DNA of 64,000 nucleotides from Candidatus Komeilibacteria bacterium (GTDB lineage Bacteria > Patescibacteriota > Patescibacteriia > UBA1558 > 2-01-FULL-52-15), in the NCBI GenBank assembly GCA_043801745.1, contig JAZDLR010000001.1, positions 24,374-88,373 on the forward strand, in the 5' to 3' direction. Positions 42,935 through 50,993 of the stretch are shown here, in pieces (position 1 is the stretch's first letter; every line of letters starts with the position of its first letter). The position numbers were made by a program, and so were the translations under genes. A model generated the notes under the pieces. That model was not told where the DNA came from. It did not search any database and worked only from the letters and a program-made list of their open reading frames with translations.

Positions 42935-42966
42935 AAATCAGCCGAAAGGGCTGTTTTGTTTTATTT
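42935..42966 (+). terminator. Terminator after 16S precursor
   Basis: AAATCAGCC-GAAAG-GGCTGTTTT plus T-rich tract. Confidence 0.75.
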
Positions 42967-42995
42967 GAAAGGTATATACTTATGTTAGAAAAATA

Positions 42996-43694
42996 ATGAA
43001 ATCGAAAAAAATAGGAAATATATCGCCACCATCAAAACTTCGCTACTTATATTCTTTAATAATAATTGGCGGATCCTGTTTTGCTTTTCTATTTTACAAT
43101 GAATCAATAAGTCATTTCGATCTTAGTCTTGCTGGGGCAGCATTTATCTTAGGGGCTTTATACTTTCTTGGGATCATAAATATAATTTTCTTGATACTAT
43201 CCGTGATGTCCAAACAAAAAGGCAAACCTTATCACCTAGCATTTGCTATTTGCTTGGTCCTGCTTATTATTTTTTTCATGCAGTGTCTGAATCAAATCCG
43301 TGACTTTAAAAATATAGCAATTAAAAGCGACAATGATAAAGAAGAATACATAAATGCATCTATTTCTGCTGATAAGGCAAGCCTCTTATCCGATTGTAAT
43401 GGTATGCAACAATATTCGCAAGAAATCTGGCAAAGATGTATTAATAGAACCCTGAGCAACAAATCTCAACTAACTGAATGTAAAGATCAAGTGGGAAATT
43501 CCGAGGGTATGAATTACAGCAACAATCTAAATGACGCAACCAAGGGTGCGCCTCTTTACGTTTACTGCTACGGGGCCTTAGCGCTTAATCAAAACAATCC
43601 CTCTATCTGTGATCAATTATCCGTTAAAGGATCCGATAATAACCAGAATGTTCAATACTGTCGGTGGTATTATTCTAATTATCATGAGAAGTAG
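42996..43694 (+). CDS. Membrane protein with Cys-rich extracellular C-terminus
   Basis: 3 TM helices followed by 6 spaced Cys; low GC. Confidence 0.75.
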   Translation: MKSKKIGNISPPSKLRYLYSLIIIGGSCFAFLFYNESISHFDLSLAGAAFILGALYFLGIINIIFLILSVMSKQKGKPYHLAFAICLVLLIIFFMQCLNQIRDFKNIAIKSDNDKEEYINASISADKASLLSDCNGMQQYSQEIWQRCINRTLSNKSQLTECKDQVGNSEGMNYSNNLNDATKGAPLYVYCYGALALNQNNPSICDQLSVKGSDNNQNVQYCRWYYSNYHEK

Positions 43695-43905
43695 CCGGCA
43701 TCATTATTATATTCAAAGACAAAAAAACAGCCGCCGAGGCTGATTTTTTTGTTATTCAATATACTTGCCAAATGTGAGTTAATTTGTTATTATCACCGCC
43801 GTATCTTTAACATTTTATCGCATTTTATTTGAAATGGGCGCCCCTCTCCCTCGGCAAGCTCGGGATCGGGGCAGGCTCCGCGAATTTAGGATGTAGGCAT
43901 GTGGT

Positions 43906-44070
43906 GGGCGCGTAGCTTCCGCCTTCGCTGAAGCTTCGGCGGACGTAGCAGGTGATTATATCAAAAATAAAGCGCGCCTGCCCCGCACGAGCCGGGCGAG
44001 TTGCGGGGTCACTGACCCGCCTGCCAAAGTACGAACATTTCAAATAGGTCACATAATAACGGAAGTATCG
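43906..44070 (+). pseudogene. Ghost tRNA-Ile copy interrupted by insertions
   Basis: GGGCGCGTAGCT[ins]CAGGTGATTA[ins]AAGCGCG[ins]TCACTGA[ins]TAATAACG is collinear with the intact tRNA-Ile 5' half. Confidence 0.75.
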
Positions 44071-44091
44071 TGATTATTGTCGGTCACTGGT

Positions 44092-44168
44092 GGGCGCGTA
44101 GCTCAGGTGGTTAGAGCGCGTCACTGATAATGACGAGGTCGATGGTTCGAGTCCATCCGCGCCCACCA
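44092..44168 (+). tRNA. tRNA-Ile(GAT)
   Basis: Cloverleaf, CTGATAA loop, GGTTCGAGTCC, CCA. Confidence 0.97.
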
Positions 44169-44295
44169 GTGGTTGATAATAGTGATACTTCGTACGGCGG
44201 TAAACGAAGGACACCGCAAGGCTCCTTCTCGGCTAGCTCGAAGTTGCCAACGGGTCAGGCTGAAAATCCAAAACATTTCTCTGGTGCCATATTGA

Positions 44296-44370
44296 GCCGA
44301 GGTAGCTCAGTGGTAGAGCGAAGGACTGAAAATCCTTGCGTCGGCAGTTCAATTCTGCCCCTCGGCACCA
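44296..44370 (+). tRNA. tRNA-Phe(GAA)
   Basis: GCCGAGG acceptor, CTGAAAA loop, AGTTCAATTCT, CCA. Confidence 0.97.
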
Positions 44371-44387
44371 GAGAAATGTCGAGGATA

Positions 44388-44470
44388 CTTGCGCTGTGCC
44401 CGGCCGAAGCCGAGTAGCAACGAGGCGAAGGCGGGTCGGCAGTTCAATTCTGCCCCTCGGCACCAGAGAA
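44388..44470 (+). pseudogene. Duplicated 3' half of tRNA-Phe with palindromic insertion
   Basis: CTTGCG[ins]TCGGCAGTTCAATTCTGCCCCTCGGCACCAGAGAA; 44435-44470 repeats 44340-44375. Confidence 0.8.
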
Positions 44471-44487
44471 GTTTTATCAATCTATTT

Positions 44488-44564
44488 CGGGGATTGGCGC
44501 AGTTGGCTAGCGCGCCTGCTTTGGGAGCAGGAGGCCACCAGTTCGAGTCTGGTATCCCCGACCA
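44488..44564 (+). tRNA. tRNA-Pro(TGG)
   Basis: CGGGGAT acceptor, TTTGGGA loop, GTTCGAGTC, CCA. Confidence 0.96.
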
Positions 44565-44569
44565 CCGTC

Positions 44570-44884
44570 ATGACTTTCTACGACCAGGTTTATCATCTGA
44601 CTAAAAAAATCCCCCGTGGCCGCGTGGCTTCGTATGGTCAAATCGCCAGCTTAATTTCTACGCCGCGCGCGGCACGTGTAGTCGGTTGGTGCCTACACGT
44701 TATGGATAATGATTCGGCTCTGCCCTGGCACCGAGTTATTAATAGCAAAGGATACATCTCCACCACTTGCGAAACGCATCCGGCTGATCTACAGGCAGCA
44801 CTTTTAAAAAAAGAAGGGATTAAAGTAACTCGTAAAGATAATCTTTGGTGGATAGATATGAAGCAGTATCAATGGAAACCGTAG
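44570..44884 (+). CDS. Alkyltransferase-like protein (ATL/YbaZ type; Trp replaces catalytic Cys)
   Basis: IPRGRVASYGQIA, ARVVGW, LPWHRVINSKG. Confidence 0.9.
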   Translation: MTFYDQVYHLTKKIPRGRVASYGQIASLISTPRAARVVGWCLHVMDNDSALPWHRVINSKGYISTTCETHPADLQAALLKKEGIKVTRKDNLWWIDMKQYQWKP

Positions 44885-44993
44885 CAGTTGACAGTTGCCC
44901 GCCACGACTCGCCGTCTTTGGCGAGGCGGGTAAGTTGAAAGTTGATAGTATATCCCTTCTGACAACTTACAACTTAAACCTAACATCTAACAG

Positions 44994-45067
44994 GCGGGTA
45001 TCGTATACTGGTATTACCTCAGCTTTCCAAGCTGATGAAAGGGGTTCGATTCCCCTTACCCGCTCCA
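44994..45067 (+). tRNA. tRNA-Gly(TCC)
   Basis: GCGGGTA acceptor, TTTCCAA loop, GGTTCGATTCC, TCCA. Confidence 0.96.
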
Positions 45068-45167
45068 AGGTAAATGTAGGATCCTTGTAAACAGCTGGAT
45101 TAGTTAGACATCATCTCATCGCTGCGGGACAAGCTGATGACAGTTCTCAGTAACAATAAAACCAATT

Positions 45168-45569
45168 ATGAACACTATTTACAAATTACGGATAATAAAA
45201 ATTATTGCCTGGATAATGGCGATATTTTCGATCCTACCACTTATGACAATTGCCATGATTTTAGTTGGGAAAATTCCAATTATTGATCCTTGGTCAAAAT
45301 GGATTGAAATACATTCACAGGCTTGGTTGTTTTTATACTTCTTAATAGGTGGCATTGGCATTATAAAAGGTAATAAATTGGCGGTATATTTTTCCTTCTT
45401 TTTCGGTGCCTATATTTTATGTGAGGCTTTCTTATTAGCCGTCATTGCTCTTCATACCGGATTTGCACCGATCTATCCTTGGTTTCGGCTTGTTACAAAC
45501 TTTGTGTTTGGTTTGGGGAGTGTCTATATTTTTTACAATAAAAGGCTATTAGATAAAACAGTTAATTAA
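45168..45569 (+). CDS. Small 4-TM membrane protein
   Basis: 133-aa hydrophobic ORF, low GC. Confidence 0.7.
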   Translation: MNTIYKLRIIKIIAWIMAIFSILPLMTIAMILVGKIPIIDPWSKWIEIHSQAWLFLYFLIGGIGIIKGNKLAVYFSFFFGAYILCEAFLLAVIALHTGFAPIYPWFRLVTNFVFGLGSVYIFYNKRLLDKTVN

Positions 45570-45734
45570 CTGTTTGCTTTCGACTTCGCTACTTAATTAT
45601 GGCGACCCCCAGCGGTCTTTTTTTATTTCCCTGTGGATAAACATCCCCTTTCTCCTTTCTTCTTACTTCTTTCTTCCATTCATCCGCTAACCTCAGCCGC
45701 TTGCTTATCTGAATCAATATGCTATATTAACTAT

Positions 45735-45990
45735 GTAAGTAAGCCGTACCTTGCATCAAGAGAAATGACTGTACAACAGTCACCAACCTCGAGCTTAGCT
45801 CGAAACCAAAGCGCACCGACTATTTGCTAGTCATAAAGATATTCCCCCCGACCCCCACCTCCTCCTTCCCTCTCCATCACCCATTCTCCAACCACAATAT
45901 CTTTTCCCTAGCAAACCATCCGGCGCGCTTTTCTCTTTTATAGATGCGCAGTAAATCGGCAGCAGCCTCCATTATTGGGGCTCTTTTTTT
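45735..45990 (+). ncRNA. Candidate sRNA: nested long stem with 52-nt C-rich apical loop
   Basis: Extended -10 promoter (45701-45728), terminator 45964-45990, stems 45808-45818/45921-45931, 45823-45830/45908-45915, 45835-45843/45896-45904. Confidence 0.6.
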
Positions 45991-46009
45991 ATGTTATACT
46001 AAAAGAACT

Positions 46010-46384
46010 ATGAAAAACATCCTCATCCTCGAAGATGAGCCCTCACTGTCGAAAAGTTTAAGTCAGACATTAAAACGGGCCAAATTCGCCGTCACCGCTG
46101 TTGCCAATGGCCGCGACGGTTTAACTGCAGCCGAAGCTCATCATCCCGATCTGATTATTCTGGATATTCTCATGCCAATTATGGACGGTCTTACTGTTTT
46201 ACGGGAACTGAGACAAAAGCCCTGGGCCAAAAAAATCCCCGTCATCATTCTTTCCAACTTAACGCTTAATGAAAAACAGCTGAAAGAATTTACGCAAAGG
46301 CCGCATGCTCAATATTTGGTAAAAGCAGACACTAAATTGAAAGATATTGTTAACGCCGTCAAAAAACTGACTGCCGAAAAATAG
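46010..46384 (+). CDS. Single-domain response regulator (receiver)
   Basis: ILILEDE, PDLIILDILMPIMDG, IPVIILSN, YLVK. Confidence 0.93.
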   Translation: MKNILILEDEPSLSKSLSQTLKRAKFAVTAVANGRDGLTAAEAHHPDLIILDILMPIMDGLTVLRELRQKPWAKKIPVIILSNLTLNEKQLKEFTQRPHAQYLVKADTKLKDIVNAVKKLTAEK

Positions 46385-46429
46385 AACTCTTTCCAAAATA
46401 TTTTAGCCCGCTATACTACCTTCACAGCT

Positions 46430-46500
46430 GCAGGTATAGTTTCCGCCAGAGGCGGACCCGCCTCTGGCGGGCAAGGGTAAAACCTGTCTTTCCCAAAAAA
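46430..46500 (+). pseudogene. Ghost tRNA-Gly(CCC) 5' half with 30-nt double-hairpin insertion in D arm
   Basis: GCAGGTATAGTT[TCCGCCAGAGGCGGACCCGCCTCTGGCGGG]CAAGGGTAAAAC..TTCCCAA. Confidence 0.6.
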
Positions 46501-46536
46501 ATGTCGTCTTGCCTTTGGCGGGATCGCCCAAAACAC

Positions 46537-46610
46537 GCGGGATTAGTACAATGGTAGTATGTTGGCTTCCCAAGCCAAAGACGCGAGTCCGATTCTCGTA
46601 TCCCGCTCCA
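46537..46610 (+). tRNA. tRNA-Gly(CCC)
   Basis: GCGGGAT acceptor, TTCCCAA loop, T-loop TCCGATT (atypical), TCCA. Confidence 0.93.
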
Positions 46611-46730
46611 TCCTTCGCTTCGCAGAGCGAAGCTACGGATGGCCTTCGGCCATGCGTAGTGACGAAGTCAACGAAGGATGCCCGCCGAAGCCTTGGCGAA
46701 GGCGGGCTATCTATCATTAAACCCAATCAT

Positions 46731-47126
46731 ATGTTGTCAAAAAAAATATTAATTATTCTAGCCGTAATAGTTATACTAGCTGCTGCTGTTCTGGCCCTCC
46801 GCTTCCTGAGCGGACCGGAAGATACTTGGCTGTGCGTCAATAATGCTTGGGTCAAACATGGTAATCCCAGTCAAACCCAGCCGCCAGCAACGGGCTGTGG
46901 TGACACATCAGCCAATCAAAATACTTCCGTGCCAACCGCTGCTGATGCTAGATGTGAGTGTACGAAAGCTCTAGCCGGAAGCACCGGTTATTGGTATGAT
47001 CCTGAATCGGGCAACTGCTGGTCAGCGCAACAACAAAAATTCTGCCAACCGAATTTTACTACCCAAGCCGAATGCCTAAAGACTTGCGGTAACTTATGGA
47101 AAAAAGCCCACGGATCGAGTCAATAA
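46731..47126 (+). CDS. Small exported protein with Kunitz/BPTI-like Cys pattern
   Basis: Signal anchor, EDTWLCVNNAWVKHGNP, YWYDPESGNC..C..NFTTQAECLKTC. Confidence 0.75.
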   Translation: MLSKKILIILAVIVILAAAVLALRFLSGPEDTWLCVNNAWVKHGNPSQTQPPATGCGDTSANQNTSVPTAADARCECTKALAGSTGYWYDPESGNCWSAQQQKFCQPNFTTQAECLKTCGNLWKKAHGSSQ

Positions 47127-47183
47127 TAGAATACCGAAACTGACAAGAAACCGCAGCCGATTCATGTTATACTAAAGGCATCT

Positions 47184-48734
47184 ATGCTAAAACAATATTT
47201 GAATAAAATCCTTACCGCTGCCTTAATCATTCCACTGGTCCAAACCTCGGCCATCAGTTTAAGCTTAAGTACGCAGATGAAGGGTAAAATTCTATTGCAG
47301 GTGGAATCCCACGGCGAAGCCTGGTATGTCTTACCTACTGATGGTAAGCGCTATTACCTCAAAGATGGTGCTACTGCCTACTCTGCCTTGCGCGCCTTTG
47401 GTCTGGGTATATCTAATGCCAACATTGCTAAAATTCCGGTTGGCTTAGAGCCACGATTCCAGGACACCGACACTGATGGTGATAGTCTGCCGGATCAACT
47501 GGAAGATGCCATTGGCACCAAAAAGGATAATGCCGACACTGATGGGGATAGTTTTAACGACGGACAAGAAATTACCAATAGCTACAATCCTTTGGGTGCA
47601 GGGAAACTCACTTTTGACAGCAAATTAATCAATCAAGTTAAAGGTAAAATTTTACTGCAAACCGAAGCGCACGGCGAAGCCTGGTATGTCCGGCCTGATG
47701 ATGGTAAACGGTATTATATGAAAAATGGCGAAGCAGCTTTCCAAATAATGCGTTTCTTAAGTCTTGGTATTACTAATGTCAATTTGAATAAGATAGCTGT
47801 CGGTACTATCGCCGGAGCTACTCCAACTTCAACCACAACACCAAATCCCACAACTCCAACACCTTTGCCTCTTTCTTCCGACGCCTACCGTAATTATGCT
47901 TTGGCTGTTTGTTATGCCCGTACTCATGCCGCCGCCCTTAACACTTTCCCCAGCGGATCACTACGTAACGACATGCAAACGGCTATCGATGACCAAAGCC
48001 AAACCTGCAACGAATTCACTACTGAGGAAATTAATGGCATTGCCGGCCTGCTAAATACTGACAGTGATTCTGATGGAGTTAATGCTTTACTGGAACAATA
48101 CTATGGAACTTCAGATACCAAAGCTGATACTGATGGAGATGGTGTCAAAGACTTACAGGAAATTCAACTTACCAGCGATCAATACACCTGGAATACAGCT
48201 GCCGATCAGGTTAAGTATGAAGGACTATTAGCTTCAACATCGTGGCAGCCACTTACGATGAAAAATCGTATTGATGGCTTAACTTTTGCCGACAGCCAAA
48301 TCAATGCACTTAGCGGAGATGGAATAAAAATAATAACGCTAGCAACACAGAGTAATGCCGGCTGCTTCACCATCAGTAAAACCTCAGGTTATCTTCGCTT
48401 TGAAGGAAAAACTGATTGCGCCACCGGCTACTGGCTACAAGCTACCGGCTCGCTAATGGATCTCAAAATTACCACTCCAACTCTTCTTAAAAGCACTTTT
48501 GCTCCGGTGAGTACTCCGTCTGAAGCCGCCGCTTTTGTAGCAGCGATTACTCCCGGGCTAGATGTTGATGCTGGTGACGCGCCCAAGGGTAAAGTCCTAA
48601 CACTTGATGACGGTTATTTAGTCCAACTTTCAGTAGTGAAAACTCTCGGTTTTAGCCACGCGCCTCAAAAGGTTATCTATAAGGTATCAACTGATGGAAC
48701 TGTCCAAAGTCTGGCTTACGAACGCGTAGATTAG
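47184..48734 (+). CDS. Exported surface protein with KGKILLQxExHGEAWYV repeats and DTDGD Ca-binding repeats
   Basis: Signal peptide; two ~55-aa repeats; DxDxDG motifs; Pro/Thr linker. Confidence 0.85.
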   Translation: MLKQYLNKILTAALIIPLVQTSAISLSLSTQMKGKILLQVESHGEAWYVLPTDGKRYYLKDGATAYSALRAFGLGISNANIAKIPVGLEPRFQDTDTDGDSLPDQLEDAIGTKKDNADTDGDSFNDGQEITNSYNPLGAGKLTFDSKLINQVKGKILLQTEAHGEAWYVRPDDGKRYYMKNGEAAFQIMRFLSLGITNVNLNKIAVGTIAGATPTSTTTPNPTTPTPLPLSSDAYRNYALAVCYARTHAAALNTFPSGSLRNDMQTAIDDQSQTCNEFTTEEINGIAGLLNTDSDSDGVNALLEQYYGTSDTKADTDGDGVKDLQEIQLTSDQYTWNTAADQVKYEGLLASTSWQPLTMKNRIDGLTFADSQINALSGDGIKIITLATQSNAGCFTISKTSGYLRFEGKTDCATGYWLQATGSLMDLKITTPTLLKSTFAPVSTPSEAAAFVAAITPGLDVDAGDAPKGKVLTLDDGYLVQLSVVKTLGFSHAPQKVIYKVSTDGTVQSLAYERVD

Positions 48735-48961
48735 CCAAAAAATTTGACTTTTGCCACCCGGCAGATCTTTGTCGGGTGGTTTTTTTGTTTAATAATAAGC
48801 CTTAACCATCTTAGATGAACTATTTTAAGGGCTTGACCCTGTTTCAAGCATCTGTAAAAAACTTCTAATGGGGTTGACATCGGTATTGACAAAATAAGCC
48901 AGATGTGATAAAAGGATTAATCGATTCGCTATATGCGAATCTTTTTTATTAGAGAAAGCCT

Positions 48962-49492
48962 ATGAAATATTTCCGTTCGACAATAAAAAGGCAGATTATT
49001 AAAAAAGCCAAATATTGGCTAGTTTTAGCTAGTTTCTCTACTATTCTATTCCCCCACGCTGCTTTAGCAGGTTATAACGGGGCTATTTTGATTGATAATG
49101 GTCCGGTGCCAATAGTCGCCCTGTCGCTCTGGCCTAATTATGCCCAACAATTTGATACCACCGAACCAATACAGACCAAAAGGGTTACCGTAACTGCTTA
49201 TAACAGTGAGGTAGGCCAGACTGACGATTCTCCTTTTATTACCGCCTTTGGTACCTATGTCCGGGACGGAATAGTGGCCACCAATGACTTGCCGCGCGGT
49301 ACCCGCGTGCGCTTTCCGGAAACATTTGGTACCAAAATTTTTACAGTAGAAGACCGCATGAACCGTCGCTATACCGGCACTGGCCGAGCTGATATTTGGA
49401 TGGCCAGCAAGAAAGATGCTATTACTTTCGGTGCCCGTAAACTCACCATGGAAGTTTTGCCGGCGACTGTGGTTCTAGCCGACAACGAATAA
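48962..49492 (+). CDS. 3D-domain (MltA/Stationary-phase survival-like) cell wall protein
   Basis: VTAYNSEVGQTDDSPFITA, VEDRMN, DIWM. Confidence 0.88.
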   Translation: MKYFRSTIKRQIIKKAKYWLVLASFSTILFPHAALAGYNGAILIDNGPVPIVALSLWPNYAQQFDTTEPIQTKRVTVTAYNSEVGQTDDSPFITAFGTYVRDGIVATNDLPRGTRVRFPETFGTKIFTVEDRMNRRYTGTGRADIWMASKKDAITFGARKLTMEVLPATVVLADNE

Positions 49493-49564
49493 ATCAAATT
49501 CTAAAAACCGCCCGGCACTACTCGTCTGACAGAGTAAAGCTGGGCGGTTTTTTGATTGTCCGAA

Positions 49565-50092
49565 CTACTTTAAATCTTTCCGCAAATCCTCTAATACATT
49601 CCGGAAATTCGGGAAAGCTAAATTTGGAGGAAGATTATCCAGAGGAAACCATTCTAGAGCATCAACGTCATCATCGGCTTTTATGTCTCCTTCAATTGTA
49701 CCCCGATAGGCCAAAAGTAGCACTGATGTTTTCAAACCGCCAAAATGATACCAACTATGCACCGCGGTTAATAACTTCAAAGGAGTAAATTCCACATGCA
49801 TTTCTTCCCTAATCTCCCGCTTAATGGCTGCCACCGGATCCTCGCCCCAATCGACAAATCCACCCGGCGGACCCCAAGTACCTTTATCCGGCTCCTTAGC
49901 TCGGCGCGCTAACAAAACCTGCAACTTTGTATTCACTATTAATACCCCCACGGTCGCTTTGGGGTTTTGATAAAAAGAATAGCCACACTGCCAGCAGTGT
50001 AAACAATTATCCGCAATATCTTCCGGCCGATATTTTACCCCGCACTTCGGACAATATTTAAAAAAATCTTTGGGCGTCAGCGACGAATTCAT
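49565..50092 (-). CDS. Nudix hydrolase with N-terminal Zn ribbon
   Basis: YCPKCG..CWQCG..YQNPK, GGFVDWGE..IKREIREE. Confidence 0.9.
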   Translation of the reverse strand: MNSSLTPKDFFKYCPKCGVKYRPEDIADNCLHCWQCGYSFYQNPKATVGVLIVNTKLQVLLARRAKEPDKGTWGPPGGFVDWGEDPVAAIKREIREEMHVEFTPLKLLTAVHSWYHFGGLKTSVLLLAYRGTIEGDIKADDDVDALEWFPLDNLPPNLAFPNFRNVLEDLRKDLK

Positions 50093-50685
50093 AGTTTTTT
50101 TCTTTTATTAGCTAAGGCCGCGGGAATTGGAATAAAACGTATTTCTGACCAAGACCAGATCTCTTCATCGGTCACGTTAAAATAATGCTGGTAAGCCACT
50201 TCCACACTGCCGTGTAAAGCCCGGGACCAATCTAACTCTAATTGCGCTGCCGTCTGTTTAACTAATAATTCATCATCAGCTTCAATCTCACAAAAAGTCG
50301 GTATCCAGGGCCAGGTATCAATAGTAATTTCTACTTCATTTAATTTCCAAGTCTCCCTTTTAGTTTCTTGGACATTGTAAGAAATTAAACCAATGCTTAG
50401 CAACAAATCTTTGGCCCTATCATAATTATCAATAACGACCTCTACTTCTTTGGTTCCCTGCAACGAACGGTCATTAAGTTGCTTATAGGCCAGAGTTATC
50501 TTATCTCCCTCGTTACGGATACGAACCCAGCCGCCAATCTTTTCCAAACGCTTATCCGGAAAATCAAAGTTTTCTCTAATCATAGGGCGTTCAGCCATAA
50601 CCAAAAAAGCTCCAAGCTGCTTCAAAGTCTGACGCAACTTAGAGCTATCAATATCTAGAAACTTGGCTTCAATTTCGGTTTTCAT
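50089..50685 (-). CDS. CYTH-domain (class IV adenylate cyclase-like) protein
   Basis: EIEAKF, WVRIR, TLAYK, ETKRETW, EIE. Confidence 0.88.
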   Translation of the reverse strand: MKTEIEAKFLDIDSSKLRQTLKQLGAFLVMAERPMIRENFDFPDKRLEKIGGWVRIRNEGDKITLAYKQLNDRSLQGTKEVEVVIDNYDRAKDLLLSIGLISYNVQETKRETWKLNEVEITIDTWPWIPTFCEIEADDELLVKQTAAQLELDWSRALHGSVEVAYQHYFNVTDEEIWSWSEIRFIPIPAALANKRKKL

Positions 50686-50701
50686 ACTGTCAAAATTATA
50701 C

Positions 50702-50763
50702 TGGAGGCCTGAGGCGGATTCGAACCGCCGAATACTTGTCCGCCTTTGGTGGAAGGGTTTTGT
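50702..50763 (-). pseudogene. Ghost tRNA-Cys 3' half with hairpin insertion
   Basis: Minus strand CAAAACCCT[TCCACCAAAGGCGGACAAG]TATTCGGCGGTTCGAATCCGCCTCAGGCCTCCA. Confidence 0.75.
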
Positions 50764-50797
50764 CCCGATGCTGAAATCTGGATCGAGCTAAGCTCGA

Positions 50798-50872
50798 TGG
50801 AGGTCACGGGCGGAATCGAACCGCCGAATAGGGGTTTTGCAGACCCCTGCCTTACCGCTTGGCTACGTGACC
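50798..50872 (-). tRNA. tRNA-Cys(GCA)
   Basis: GGTCACGTAGCCAAGCGGTAAGGC..CTGCAAA..GGTTCGATTCC..TCCA. Confidence 0.96.
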
Positions 50873-50993
50873 AGGATATTTAATAAGCTACAGCGCTAAT
50901 CAGCTAATAAGCTAATTAGCTATTACAAAGTACCAGAATCCCCCCATATTTTCAAGCTGAAATATTGTTTCAAACATGCTATCATAACCTTCG

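Noticed and set aside
44340-44470. tRNA-Phe 3' duplication as attL/attR of a prophage or island
   Set aside because: Only about 60 bp lie between the repeats and there is no integrase; kept as a ghost copy instead
43825-44604. Several 70-95 aa ORFs and the long N-terminal extension of the ATL ORF (44336)
   Set aside because: They overlap tRNA genes and ghost copies; the real ATL start is ATG 44570
45632-45640. Single DnaA box TGTGGATAA
   Set aside because: Isolated; not enough for an origin call
46509-46730. N-terminal extension of the exported Kunitz-like ORF
   Set aside because: Reads through tRNA-Gly and palindromes; the signal anchor begins at ATG 46731
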